A DNA stretch of 64,000 nucleotides from Candidatus Sungbacteria bacterium RIFCSPLOWO2_02_FULL_51_17 (GCA_001820785.1 MHQW01000047.1:5928-69927), one strand, 5' to 3'; positions 25,701 to 35,710 are shown, numbered from the stretch's first letter. The notes: generated by a model not told the origin, from the sequence alone. Translations and numbers: made by a program.

Positions 25701-26711
25701 CTAGAGATGTATTACCTTACCGCCCTGACGGACGCTTTCCTGCATGGCAAGAAGTATCTCAAGGGCCCTCATGCTGTCTTCTCCCGTAGAAAGCGACGTT
25801 GCGCGCCCTTCAAGACAATCAATGACGTTATCCCCCAGAAACATGAACTGGTTTCGCACAGCACCTCCCCGATGCTCAATATTCTTATCATCTAACTCCG
25901 TAAATCCTTGATGCTCGGGCGAATCAGTGACGTGCATGATCTCAAAATCCCTTCCGATATTTTTAAACGTCACGCGGCCTTTGCGCCCAAACATATCAAT
26001 CGTGAAAATATCGTAGTCCTTCATATCAAGCGATTGCACCGCGACCTTCACGTCATTCTCAAACCCGATGAAACCATCAATGCACGGATCATCCGGCGGG
26101 GCAAAATGTTTTTTTGCATTCGGGAACGCCGCAACCCACTTCACATCGCCAAGAAAGAACCGAAGCGCATCTATCAAATGAGTGCCGGTCGTGACCAAAC
26201 CGAACACATACTGGGCCGATACCTGCATGATCTCGCCAATGAGACCGTTTTGAATGTCTTTGCGAACATCATAGAGCAACGGATCAAAACGTCTGCGGTG
26301 GTTTATGAAAAGATGGGTGCCCTGCCGTTTCGCCTCCTCAACTATTTCACGCGCGTGCTCGGCTTTTTCGGCGATGGGTTTTTCAAGAACGATGGCGGGC
26401 ACATGGTATTTCAGCGCAAGCTTCATCATGTCGTAATGCGAATCCCGCCACGTGGATATCGTTACGATATCGGGCTTCTCCGTCTTCAGAAGTTCTTCGG
26501 GATCGGTATAGGTATGAACACCCGGTTTCATGGCGCGGGCAACGTCAAATTTTTTCGGGTCATTGTCGCATACTGCAACAAGTTCAGTGCGAGGATGCGC
26601 TATCCACAGCCCCACGTGCGTTGCGGGCTTTACCCGTTTCGGGTCCTGTTCAAGAAGCATGCCGATGCGCCCCGTGCCAACGACCGCCGCTTTGTATTTT
26701 TTTTCGCTCAT
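25701..26711 (-). CDS. Gfo/Idh/MocA family NAD(P)-dependent sugar oxidoreductase
   Basis: YKAAVVGTGRIGMLL...VAVCDNDPKK...LEKPIAEK. The start could be as far upstream as 26747. Confidence 0.85.
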   Translation of the reverse strand: MSEKKYKAAVVGTGRIGMLLEQDPKRVKPATHVGLWIAHPRTELVAVCDNDPKKFDVARAMKPGVHTYTDPEELLKTEKPDIVTISTWRDSHYDMMKLALKYHVPAIVLEKPIAEKAEHAREIVEEAKRQGTHLFINHRRRFDPLLYDVRKDIQNGLIGEIMQVSAQYVFGLVTTGTHLIDALRFFLGDVKWVAAFPNAKKHFAPPDDPCIDGFIGFENDVKVAVQSLDMKDYDIFTIDMFGRKGRVTFKNIGRDFEIMHVTDSPEHQGFTELDDKNIEHRGGAVRNQFMFLGDNVIDCLEGRATSLSTGEDSMRALEILLAMQESVRQGGKVIHL

Positions 26712-26796
26712 AGACATCATCGTATCAAATGATCTTGCAAAAGACAATAATTAAACGGGTTTTCTGAGCAAAAGGTTACTGCATGAGAAACCCAAT

Positions 26797-26823
26797 ACAA
26801 AAAAACCGGCTGCTACCAGCCGG
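26797..26823 (-). terminator. rho-independent terminator
   Basis: Minus strand: CCGGCTG-GTAG-CAGCCGG followed by T7, 10 nt after the stop codon at 26833. Confidence 0.75.
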
Positions 26824-26832
26824 GATCGGTTA

Positions 26833-27921
26833 CTACCGTCTCAACATATCAAGAACATACGCCGCCGCCCTCCGGGCGCTGCGGCCGTCCGTGGGCAAAA
26901 GCCGCCTCTGCGCATCGCCTAAGCCGAGCGTATCCGTTATGGCGCCCCGAAGCGTTCGGCGAAGACCGTCGTACTCGCCCACAAGAGCCGAACAGCCCAG
27001 ATCGGTGAGAGGAAACCCTTCAAGTTTCGTGATCTCATGCCACCGTCTCATACCGTATTGCGGGTACAGCACCGACACGACCTCTTTTCCAAGGTGTGCG
27101 GCCTGGACGAGGGTCGTGGAGAAAATACTTACGACGACCTTTGACGCACCGACGATGTCGTCGGTGGTCAGTTCCTTGGAAGAAATGCTGTTCGTCTCAA
27201 TGCGCTCGCCGGACGAAAACGCCAGGACCTCTGTTTTCGTGCGCTCATGATCCGCCGCGTCATCGGTACTTGCGCGCGGATGCCACCGCGGGAAGAAATA
27301 GACGGGATCGGCGTTTTCGTTTAACGCGCGTACGACCTCGTGCGCGGTCTCGGCGTTTCCATCGGGATGACCGAAAAATCCGACGATCGGCCACGGCTTC
27401 ACAAGGCCAAAACGCTTGCGGACCTTCTCTCCCGCGGCGGCGCAATCAAAGGTCGCAAGCGAATCAAACGCGACCCAACCCGAGACGCACACATTCTCTT
27501 CGCCATAGTCACCCCAACTTTCAAGGACAAGCCGCTTGCCGACTTCATCGGGCACGATGATCCTGTCCGGCCAGAATTGGCTGTCGCAATAGTCGGTTTT
27601 GAGACGAGCACCCCAGAAATCCTGCACCGCGACGGTCGCGATGTCGTGGTGCCACGCAAGCGGGACAAGATATTTTCCGAGGCCGCCCTGCGAGCACATG
27701 CTCGTAAGAATAAGCTCCGGCCTTTTTCCTTCCGAGAACACCGCCTCAAGAATTGAGACAGCACTGGGATTCGCCGTATGTTCCATCCCCCTCTCTGTGA
27801 GAATCTCCGCGGCCTTGCCGTTGGAAAAAAGCTTTACTTCCTTACCAAGAGCCCGCAGCTCATTGACGACCCGTACTGTCGCATTTGTTCCGCCCGGATC
27901 TTTCACAACCGCCCAGATCAT
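26833..27921 (-). CDS. hypothetical protein, possibly GT-B fold
   Basis: 362 aa from MIWAVVKDPGG. The two-lobe pattern and a C-terminal KVVVSIFSTTLVQAAHLGKEVVSV segment resemble GT-B donor-binding lobes. I recognise no specific family. Confidence 0.55.
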   Translation of the reverse strand: MIWAVVKDPGGTNATVRVVNELRALGKEVKLFSNGKAAEILTERGMEHTANPSAVSILEAVFSEGKRPELILTSMCSQGGLGKYLVPLAWHHDIATVAVQDFWGARLKTDYCDSQFWPDRIIVPDEVGKRLVLESWGDYGEENVCVSGWVAFDSLATFDCAAAGEKVRKRFGLVKPWPIVGFFGHPDGNAETAHEVVRALNENADPVYFFPRWHPRASTDDAADHERTKTEVLAFSSGERIETNSISSKELTTDDIVGASKVVVSIFSTTLVQAAHLGKEVVSVLYPQYGMRRWHEITKLEGFPLTDLGCSALVGEYDGLRRTLRGAITDTLGLGDAQRRLLPTDGRSARRAAAYVLDMLRR

Positions 27922-28085
27922 GCGATGCGCTCCTCTGGTTTGAATGTGATGATACGCCGATATTCTTTTTACAGGCAATCAATCTCAATGTCAACTTGCT
28001 TTATTTATATAATATTGTTTTATATTTCATGCCAATAAAAAACCGGCCCGCTCGTCATCTGGGTTCAGATGAAAAGTGGGGCGGT

Positions 28086-29006
28086 CTATGATGCGTCCCG
28101 CATGAACATGTTCTCGTTCATGCGAGGAATATCAGTGAGGTCAGCATATGGCGCCTCCGGCATGTGGGAAAGCGTTGAGTCGTAGTTCCACCCCGTTTCG
28201 TAATACGTGCCAACAAGGCGTCGGGTCACATCGCGAAAGCGCCCACCGAACGGCCAGGCAAATGAAACGATGCCGGTACCGCCGAGCTCGCGCTCAATCC
28301 TCCTTCGCGAATCCTTAAGCTCGCTTTCAATCTCGGCACGACCAAGAATGTTCATCGCAGGATGCGTTACGGTATGCGACCCGATCTCCATGCCGGACGC
28401 ATGCATCTCGCGAAGATGCGCCTCTGACATGAACCGCTCACGACACAAGCGCTCCTCGGAACCCTCGCCGATGTAGGTGGTAAAGATCTCGTCCAGAATA
28501 TCCCGCTTGAACGACTGCGACGGCCAGTGATTGAACATCCACTTTACCCGTCGCAACTCTTGGGGATCGCCCATCTTCCTTCCGCTTGCGTCGTACCGGC
28601 GCTCATCAAGAAGGTCAAGATATGGAGTCCCGACAAGGACCTTCGGAAATATCTCTTTCTCAAGCCGGACAATGCCAAGAGCGTCAATAAGGATCTGAAG
28701 ACCGATAACGGGAGGGGTCCTCCCGTCAAGAACGCATGAGATGTAGAAAAATGTCGCAGGCACCCCATACTCTTTTAGAATTGGGAACGCCGTGTAATAC
28801 TGGTCCGCAAAGCCGTCATCAAAAGAAAGTGTCGCGTGCTTATCGGGCAATGGGAGGCCCAGACGAAGGCGCCTGGAAACCTCCCGACACGCGAGGAATT
28901 CGTAGCCATCCGCCTTGAGAGCAACAATGTGCGCACGAAGCCGCGATGGCGAACACGCCGGCCCGGGAGCAATGCCGGTCCTTACATAGTGATATCCAAG
29001 GTGCAA
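28086..29006 (-). CDS. polysaccharide deacetylase (NodB homology domain)
   Basis: 306 aa. LSFDDGFADQYYTAFPILKEYGVPATFFY...GSHTVTHP. Confidence 0.85.
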   Translation of the reverse strand: MHLGYHYVRTGIAPGPACSPSRLRAHIVALKADGYEFLACREVSRRLRLGLPLPDKHATLSFDDGFADQYYTAFPILKEYGVPATFFYISCVLDGRTPPVIGLQILIDALGIVRLEKEIFPKVLVGTPYLDLLDERRYDASGRKMGDPQELRRVKWMFNHWPSQSFKRDILDEIFTTYIGEGSEERLCRERFMSEAHLREMHASGMEIGSHTVTHPAMNILGRAEIESELKDSRRRIERELGGTGIVSFAWPFGGRFRDVTRRLVGTYYETGWNYDSTLSHMPEAPYADLTDIPRMNENMFMRDAS

Positions 29007-29127
29007 TGCCTTCAGAACGCGCCTCCTGTCAAAGATCAGCTGTTCATTTCTTTAACGCATTACAGCGACGCCGTCAACTTGTGAAATTATAAAAATGGTT
29101 CCTTATACTTTCACACAACATCACACA

Positions 29128-29154
29128 AAGAAAAACCGCGTTATGCGGTTTTTT
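29128..29154 (-). terminator. rho-independent (bidirectional) terminator after the transaldolase gene
   Basis: AAAAACCGC-GTTAT-GCGGTTTTTT, 5 nt after the stop codon at 29159. Confidence 0.75.
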
Positions 29155-29158
29155 AGTT

Positions 29159-29908
29159 CTACTTCATCCAATTCTCAAAATCCTTCAGAAACTGGGTGAC
29201 AACTTCGTCGGTCTTGAAGTGTTTGATCATCTGCGGAAAGAATTTCGGCGGCACCGTGACGATGTGAGCGCCGGCAAGTGCGGCATCACGTATATCCGTT
29301 GCCTTGCGGATACTTCCGGCGATGATCTGAACACCCGGGTACGACGCGTCAAAAAGTTTTCGGGTTTCGGAGACGACCCATGCCGGATCAAAATCGGAAC
29401 CCGTGAGAGCCCCCTCCTTCACTGCCTCCGACTTGGTGGCAAAAAGCACCGGCTGTTTTTCAGCATCAGGCGACCCGCCATCACGGATACGCCCCCAGAA
29501 GAGCGAAACGTATTTCGCTCCGGCGCCCGCTGCCATGACCGCCTGGTTGATGCTCATGCAACACGTACAGTTGACCGAAAATCCGTCGGTCGCGAGCTTT
29601 GAGATCGCCTCAAGTTCATCCCAGCCGATCTGCACCTTGATGGAGAGCTTGTCATAGCCAAGCGCGCCGCGAAATTCACGCGCCTGTTGAAGGATCTCAT
29701 CGGCATTGCGGCTGAACACCTCAACGGATAGGTGAATACCCGGTTGATGCACACGAATGAGCTCTATGATCTTTTTTGCATGAAGAAGAAAGTTCCCCTT
29801 AGGTTCTTTGGCAAGAAGCGATGGGTTCGTAGTAATGCCCGAGACGAACCCTCGCTTGAGCGTTTGTTCAATATCGTTGAGATTTGCGGTGTCAACGAAG
29901 AGCTTCAT
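29159..29908 (-). CDS. transaldolase / fructose-6-phosphate aldolase family (short type)
   Basis: 249 aa. MKLFVDTANLNDIEQ...GITTNPSLL...LSIKVQIG (Schiff-base Lys context). Confidence 0.85.
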   Translation of the reverse strand: MKLFVDTANLNDIEQTLKRGFVSGITTNPSLLAKEPKGNFLLHAKKIIELIRVHQPGIHLSVEVFSRNADEILQQAREFRGALGYDKLSIKVQIGWDELEAISKLATDGFSVNCTCCMSINQAVMAAGAGAKYVSLFWGRIRDGGSPDAEKQPVLFATKSEAVKEGALTGSDFDPAWVVSETRKLFDASYPGVQIIAGSIRKATDIRDAALAGAHIVTVPPKFFPQMIKHFKTDEVVTQFLKDFENWMK

Positions 29909-30465
29909 ATCATGTCCCCCCTTTCCAGAGCACTGATGAGATTTGCGGCACCCATAAAACTTTTTACCCGATAATCGCTTTTCACGCCTTGATTATATGG
30001 AGCGTCAATAAGAATTGATTTTACTCCGGCGGCCCGCGCCGCTTTCGTATCTGCCTCGGTGTCCCCTATCATGAAGGATCGCGAAAGATCAACGTTCCAC
30101 TTTTCTGCCGCATCCAACAGCAATCCGGGTTTCGGCTTCTTGCACTCGCACTCGTCTTCCCGCCCGTGCATACAAACGAACATGTCGTCAAACGACAACT
30201 TCTCAACATGGCGATGCATCCACTTCCACTCGGCATACGTCAGATGGTCATAGGCGACATCGGGCTGATTTGACGCCAGAAACCGCTTAAACCCCATCGC
30301 GCCGATCTTTTTCAAGGCATCCTCGGCATACGGATCCATGGCGAACTCCTCCCGCCGAAAGGGCGAGGTGGGAACGCCATCGCGCATAACGATACGAACA
30401 ACTACGCCGTCGCGGTCAATAAAGACCGCGCGGCACCGGTCATCCACCCTTTTTTCGCTCTGCAC
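29905..30465 (-). CDS. gmhB: D-glycero-D-manno-heptose 1,7-bisphosphate phosphatase (HAD-IIIA)
   Basis: AVFIDRDGVV...CECKKPKPGLL...MIGDTEADTKAARAAG. It overlaps the tal start by 4 nt. Confidence 0.8.
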   Translation of the reverse strand: MQSEKRVDDRCRAVFIDRDGVVVRIVMRDGVPTSPFRREEFAMDPYAEDALKKIGAMGFKRFLASNQPDVAYDHLTYAEWKWMHRHVEKLSFDDMFVCMHGREDECECKKPKPGLLLDAAEKWNVDLSRSFMIGDTEADTKAARAAGVKSILIDAPYNQGVKSDYRVKSFMGAANLISALERGDMI

Positions 30466-31063
30466 CGATGCGCTCCTTGAGTCCGAAAGCGATCAGGTGA
30501 TGGAGCACCACGTGAAAGGATTCTACCAGCGGGGTGGAATCGGCCGGAACGATAATGGAGATGTTCACCATGCGCGCCATGGGGCCGCCGTCAAAACCGG
30601 TAAGCCCGATGGTGATGCCGCCACGATGCTTAATGTACCCAAGGCCCTTCAAAAGATTTTGCGACCACTTGCCGCCGTGATCCGTGCCAGACCCTCCGTG
30701 AACGCTGATGCCGATGCCAAGGCCGCCCTGCTCATAATACGTATCAAGCCAGGCAGTGAAGTAATCCTCTTTCGGCCGGTCGTTGACGATCGCGCTGATA
30801 AGAGGAACGTTGTCCCACGGCGTGAGCGCCCGAAGACCTTGTGCCATCGGCGCGTCGTTCACCGTTTTGGCAAGATCCGCCGCAAAATGCGAAGCGGTTG
30901 ACGCTGAACCGCCGTTCCCAAGAATAAACACCGCACTGCCATCGCGCCAGGCGACAAAGAGCGCCTCTATCGCGGCGTTCAACGCCTCGCTTTGTTCTTT
31001 TTGAATTTTCGCGGCAAGCGCCGACACATCGCCAAGATAATTCTTGACATATTCAACACTCAT
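30440..31063 (-). CDS. gmhA: sedoheptulose-7-phosphate (phosphoheptose) isomerase, SIS domain
   Basis: ILGNGGSASTASHFAADL...HGGSG. The start at MSVEYV (31063) is preceded by AAAAGGAG. Confidence 0.85.
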   Translation of the reverse strand: MSVEYVKNYLGDVSALAAKIQKEQSEALNAAIEALFVAWRDGSAVFILGNGGSASTASHFAADLAKTVNDAPMAQGLRALTPWDNVPLISAIVNDRPKEDYFTAWLDTYYEQGGLGIGISVHGGSGTDHGGKWSQNLLKGLGYIKHRGGITIGLTGFDGGPMARMVNISIIVPADSTPLVESFHVVLHHLIAFGLKERIGAERKKGG

Positions 31064-31133
31064 TGCATACTCCTTTTTTGTAAACGAACTCATACCGTCA
31101 TTCATTTGTACATGAGGACGCTATTCTTTACAA

Positions 31134-31165
31134 GAAAAAAATACCCTTGAGATATTTCAAGGGTA
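31134..31165 (-). terminator. rho-independent terminator after hddA
   Basis: Minus strand: TACCCTTGA-AATATC-TCAAGGGTA followed by T7. Confidence 0.8.
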
Positions 31166-31178
31166 ATGCAAAACTTTG

Positions 31179-32201
31179 TCAAGATTTTGCGCGAAGAGAC
31201 ACTGCCGGGCTGAAAGGCATAGAGAGTTCAACGCCCCACGGCTCAAACGCGAATGGCACATGTTCGCACCCGCGCTCCTGCATGAACAAAGAAAATGCCG
31301 CCTGCACGCGCGGAGGCACAAAAAAGAGGAACAATCCGCCGCCGCCGGCCCCCACCAGCTTACCACCGATGGCGCCGTGATCCCGTGCCTCGTCGTAAAG
31401 ATGGTCAAACCCGGGATTTGATACGCCGCCCGCAAGACGCTTTTTCGTCTGCCAATGCTCGTGCAGAAAACCGCCGAAACGGGACACATCTCCTGCGACA
31501 AGCGTTTCATAAATGCGCACGCCAATATCTTTTATCGCGTGATAATACTCAAAGACATCCTTACCACCCTGCTTTTCGGCCGCCTCTTTCTGGGCGCCAA
31601 GCACCGCCGAACTTTCGCGGCGCGTGCCGGTGTAAAAAAGCATCAGATTGTTTTTTAGATCGTGCATGGTCTGGCGGGATATCTCCGGAGCGACGACCGC
31701 AACAGACCGGTCCTTGGCGATACACAGGAGTTTCAGCCCTCCGAACGCAGCCATGTACTGATCGTGCTTGCCGATGGGGCGCTTCAAAAGTTCCAGCTCC
31801 ACGTGTGCCGCCGCCTCGGCGAGGATCTTAGGAGCGTGCGGCTTTCTCGTCACAAAATGAAGAGCCGCCATAAGAGCGACGGCATACGCGCCGGATGTTC
31901 CCATACCAGTTCCATCGGAAAGATCGGACGAAAATGTCACCTGGATGCGTTCGGTAACGCCGGCATATCTCAGGCACTCGCGAACAAGTTCGTTCTTGAT
32001 GTCGTCCAAACGCTCCTCGTACTCGTTGATGCGCGCCTTCACTCTGATGCCGCGCTCAATGGGCGGACGCAAAACCGTCACATAGGCGTATTTGTCAATG
32101 GCGACGCTCAGTACGAATCCGCCGAACTCTGTGGCATAAAACTCAAGATCGGTGCCGCCGCCCCCAAGCGGGAGCCGCAGTGGTGCTCGCGCGATAATCA
32201 T
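31179..32201 (-). CDS. hddA: GHMP-family sugar kinase, D-glycero-alpha-D-manno-heptose 7-phosphate kinase-like
   Basis: MIIARAPLRLPLGGGGTDLEFY...GMGTSGAYAVAL...GGKLVGAGGGG. The start at 32201 is preceded by AAAAGGAG. Confidence 0.8.
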   Translation of the reverse strand: MIIARAPLRLPLGGGGTDLEFYATEFGGFVLSVAIDKYAYVTVLRPPIERGIRVKARINEYEERLDDIKNELVRECLRYAGVTERIQVTFSSDLSDGTGMGTSGAYAVALMAALHFVTRKPHAPKILAEAAAHVELELLKRPIGKHDQYMAAFGGLKLLCIAKDRSVAVVAPEISRQTMHDLKNNLMLFYTGTRRESSAVLGAQKEAAEKQGGKDVFEYYHAIKDIGVRIYETLVAGDVSRFGGFLHEHWQTKKRLAGGVSNPGFDHLYDEARDHGAIGGKLVGAGGGGLFLFFVPPRVQAAFSLFMQERGCEHVPFAFEPWGVELSMPFSPAVSLRAKS

Positions 32202-32364
32202 GAAAGAACTCCTTTTGGTGTGTATGTAAATGTGCACGTAAGAAAATTCTGCGGTGCGCGAAGAAATGAGTCAATATTGACCGATGGGGAAAAACAGTCG
32301 CTAATGTGAAGCGGCGCGTCAAGATAAAAGTAAGGGCTGGTAGCGCAATACCTGATAGTGTCTT

Positions 32365-32416
32365 CTTATTCTCTAATTCCCGCCATAGGCGGGCGGGCGC
32401 GCGAATTAGAGAATAA
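32365..32416. repeat. GAATTAGAGAAT-family palindromic element (copy B)
   Basis: CTTATTCTCTAATTC-CCGCCATAGGCGGGCGGGCGC-GCGAATTAGAGAATAAT: 14-bp arms around a GC hairpin, ~165 bp upstream of the hddA start. Confidence 0.85.
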
Positions 32417-32548
32417 TATCATAGGGCAATATAAATCATCATTGCGACAATAATCATTTTCTGAAACGAAACCCTTCCGACCTGCCACGATCCTACTTCA
32501 ATAAAAAACCTGCCGGTGAGGCAGGTGTGTTCGTGCGTATGGAAACTA

Positions 32549-34528
32549 TTATTTCCGCATAGCGCTTCTGATCTGGCGGGAGATTTCCTTAGCAGTAGAA
32601 ACACAGGTGACGATCTTTCCTCCCAACACCGACCAGCACCCGAAGCCGTGGCGCGAAATATCGGAAGGACGCGCGTCGTCGTACTCGCGCCAGGCATTAA
32701 CCGCGCGAACCACAAACCGCGACTCAATATATTCGGCATCTTTCAGAATGGGAAACCACTTCATGCTTTCACGCATAATACGCTTCCAGCGCGATGATGG
32801 AGTGCGCCACCGCGGAACACGGCCGTCTTTGGGCACGATCTTTTTGTGAAGCGATTCTTTGACATGCCCCAGCGTGAAGATATGATTTTCGGCGGTTGGC
32901 ACCAATGTCGCGAATGGGCCATCCATGACGGTAAGTGCTGTCCGCGAAATGGGAAGGCGCACGAGAAGCAGCTCCACAAGATCCATGCGAAGGTTTTTCT
33001 GCGGAAACCCCAACCAAGACGCAAAGTCATTTTCGCGCGCATATGTCGCGTTGATGACAAAGTCCGCAGGTGATGATCCGATTTCATGGCCCTTTTTCCA
33101 CTTCACCAGCTTCCGCCCGTCGGAAAGAAGTTGTATGCCGGTAACGGCAGTTCCCAACCGCTTTTGGATCTCGGGACACACCCGAAGCCGCTCCTCAATG
33201 AGCAGTTTCAGACGCGCATAATCATAGACCGGCTCGGATGTTTTTAGGCATACGCCTACGCGTGAACGGTCAACGGCACCGCCCGGGGGAAAGGCACAAG
33301 AGAACGGCAAAGAATTCTTGCGGCAAAATTCCTTATACTCCTCTTCGGTGACACGCGACCCGTTCGTGCTTATGCAATAGTACGAGGAAATATCGAGCAC
33401 AATTGCCGCGCCGTAGGCGCGCAGGAAATCATCTTGCGCTTCTTGCGATTCGCGCACGGTCTCCTCACTTCGCGGATAGTGGTACCCAAAGTGGTGGCGG
33501 TACTGGTTCACAAATGATGCTTCTTGAAGCAATCCGCCATTTTTTTCAAAAAGCGTGACATCGGCACACTCGGCACACTCAAGAGCGATGGTGGTGCCGA
33601 ATATGCCGCCACCGATGATCACAATCTTCGGGCGCGGGCGCACTTCGCGCGCCTTTTCAATTGAGCGTATAACGCGTGCCGCGCATGTTGCATCGGGGTA
33701 GGGCTTGCGAGCGCCCTTCACCACATCAAGAAATCGATCTAACTCAAGCGAAAGAGGCTCGTGGGCGTTCACGGCGATGCGCCGCACACGCGCACCACGC
33801 CGCACCTCAACGATAGAGGCCGCAAGGTCGCAGCGGATGACACGATCTCCACCGTGCACCGTTACCGTGCGAACATTCTTTTCACCCTCGGAACCGATCC
33901 TTATGCACGCCTTCATACCATTTTTATACAAAAGCGAGTGAAGTTCGCACATGCCGTCTTTTTCAATCCGTGCAGATGCCGGCGGACCGAACAGCGCATC
34001 CGCGATATCAAACGGATGCAGCATGTCAAACCTCAGGTCAGGCATGGTGCCTCGTGCGGCCTCATTCGTAAATGTCGCCTCAAAGAAAAACGGCTTCCCA
34101 CCCGCTTTGCGAATTTCAGCGCGAAGAACATCAAGCGTGGGATGAAAACGGTAAATATGCGCCGCCATAAGAATGGTGCCGGAACGCCTCGCAAGCACAC
34201 CAAGCGCCGCGATCTCGCGGCTTTTAAGCGTAACCGGCTTTTCGCACAACACATGAACGCGCGAAAGAATTTTTCGCACAATAGCGCCATGCGTTTTTGG
34301 GGGAGTGGCGACAATCGCCGCATCCACGGATGAAAGGAGGCGCGCATTCAATTTCGTATACGCGAGGACACCCTCCGTCTCTTCAATATTTTTTTTTGAA
34401 AGAGCGGTCCTCACTACAACACCCGTAAGCGTTATGTCCCCTTGCCGCTCGTGTTCTTTGAGCAAGCGCAGATAGTGGCGACCGAACCGCCCCATGCCGA
34501 TAAGAAGTATCCGCGGCTTATGTGTCAT
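32549..34528 (-). CDS. fusion protein: Gfo/Idh/MocA oxidoreductase (N-terminal) plus FAD-dependent oxidoreductase (DAO-like, C-terminal)
   Basis: 659 aa. N-terminus RILLIGMGRFGRHYL...LCEKPV; from ~aa 300, PKIVIIGGGIFGTTIALECAE...TLFEKN (FAD dinucleotide-binding motif). Confidence 0.8.
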   Translation of the reverse strand: MTHKPRILLIGMGRFGRHYLRLLKEHERQGDITLTGVVVRTALSKKNIEETEGVLAYTKLNARLLSSVDAAIVATPPKTHGAIVRKILSRVHVLCEKPVTLKSREIAALGVLARRSGTILMAAHIYRFHPTLDVLRAEIRKAGGKPFFFEATFTNEAARGTMPDLRFDMLHPFDIADALFGPPASARIEKDGMCELHSLLYKNGMKACIRIGSEGEKNVRTVTVHGGDRVIRCDLAASIVEVRRGARVRRIAVNAHEPLSLELDRFLDVVKGARKPYPDATCAARVIRSIEKAREVRPRPKIVIIGGGIFGTTIALECAECADVTLFEKNGGLLQEASFVNQYRHHFGYHYPRSEETVRESQEAQDDFLRAYGAAIVLDISSYYCISTNGSRVTEEEYKEFCRKNSLPFSCAFPPGGAVDRSRVGVCLKTSEPVYDYARLKLLIEERLRVCPEIQKRLGTAVTGIQLLSDGRKLVKWKKGHEIGSSPADFVINATYARENDFASWLGFPQKNLRMDLVELLLVRLPISRTALTVMDGPFATLVPTAENHIFTLGHVKESLHKKIVPKDGRVPRWRTPSSRWKRIMRESMKWFPILKDAEYIESRFVVRAVNAWREYDDARPSDISRHGFGCWSVLGGKIVTCVSTAKEISRQIRSAMRK

Positions 34529-35465
34529 TGTTCTCTACCTTATGGATGTGCTCAGGGGAACGTGCGGTCATCTCATAGTACATGCGCAACAGGGCTTCGG
34601 CAAACAGACCCATCATGAACAATATGACACCCAAAATAGCGAAAAGCGTTCCCACAACAGGTAGCGGCGTTTCGGTAAAATCACGGATGTCGGAAAATTT
34701 GAGGACGATCGCGGCACCAAAGGAAAGAACCGCTACAACGCATGACGCAAGCCCCCATCCCCCAAAAAAGCGAAGGGGGTTTGAAAAATATTTCACAAAA
34801 AAGACAATACCAAGAAGATCAAAGCTGCCTTTTATCATGGACATGACACGGATCTTTGACGAGCCGGCCCCGCGCGGAAAATGCGCTACCGGAACTTCGC
34901 AGATGCGGGCGCCGCGCTCTTTTGCAACCGCAGGCAAAAACACCTGGGCGTGCCCCCACAAACGAAAATGTTTAATATAACTTGCGCGATACGCCTTCAA
35001 CCCACACCCGAAATCATGCAGAGGCACGTCGAGAAAAACACGCGCAAAAAAATTCGCAAACGCGGAGAATAACAGTCGTGACGGCGCGTCGTGCCGTTTC
35101 TTCCGCCAACCAACAACCACATCGCATCCTTCGGAAAGTTTTTTTAGGAAAAGGAGGATGTCGTTTGGATCGTTCTGAAGATCGGCATCAAGAAGAACGA
35201 CGACATCGCCACGCGCCTCGTGAATGCCGGCGTCAAGCGCGGGCGTCTGCCCATAATTTCGCGCAAGCGTTACGACCTTCAGTGGCCGCAGGAGCGACAG
35301 CGCCTCTCCAGTGCGATCGCGCGAGCCGTCGTTCACAAAGATGATCTCGTATGGCTCCGGCTGCATGCGTAAGGCCGCGACGATCCGGCGATGCAGTTCT
35401 TGAACGGTTGCTGCCTCATTAAATACGGGTACAACCACGGATATTTTTGGGTGTTCATTCGCCAT
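34518..35465 (-). CDS. GT2 polyprenyl-phosphate glycosyltransferase (ArnC/GtrB/DPM1-like)
   Basis: 315 aa. ISVVVPVFNEAATV...IFVNDGSRDRT...LDADLQNDP, plus two C-terminal TM helices. Confidence 0.85.
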   Translation of the reverse strand: MANEHPKISVVVPVFNEAATVQELHRRIVAALRMQPEPYEIIFVNDGSRDRTGEALSLLRPLKVVTLARNYGQTPALDAGIHEARGDVVVLLDADLQNDPNDILLFLKKLSEGCDVVVGWRKKRHDAPSRLLFSAFANFFARVFLDVPLHDFGCGLKAYRASYIKHFRLWGHAQVFLPAVAKERGARICEVPVAHFPRGAGSSKIRVMSMIKGSFDLLGIVFFVKYFSNPLRFFGGWGLASCVVAVLSFGAAIVLKFSDIRDFTETPLPVVGTLFAILGVILFMMGLFAEALLRMYYEMTARSPEHIHKVENNDT

Positions 35466-35655
35466 AAGGCAATGCGTTATTACTCAATGAATGATAGTAA
35501 AAATCAAGCAATTCCGCAACTACCGAAGAAAATCATTGCGAGAAGTCACTGTATCCGCGCTATTCGCCTACCTACCTGCCCACCTGGGACGGGAATGAGG
35601 GAACAAGAAGACGGCGACTGCCGCACCATAAGAAAATGTGTATGTATCTCTGATT

Positions 35656-35693
35656 ACAAAACAGCATTGCGCATGAGCGCAGTGCTGTTTTGT
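35656..35693 (-). terminator. long hairpin terminator after the DUF2569-like gene
   Basis: AAAACAGCAtTGCGC-ATGA-GCGCAgTGCTGTTTT, with a TTTTGT tail on either strand. Confidence 0.65.
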
Positions 35694-35710
35694 ATATCAA
35701 CACGCTCTGC

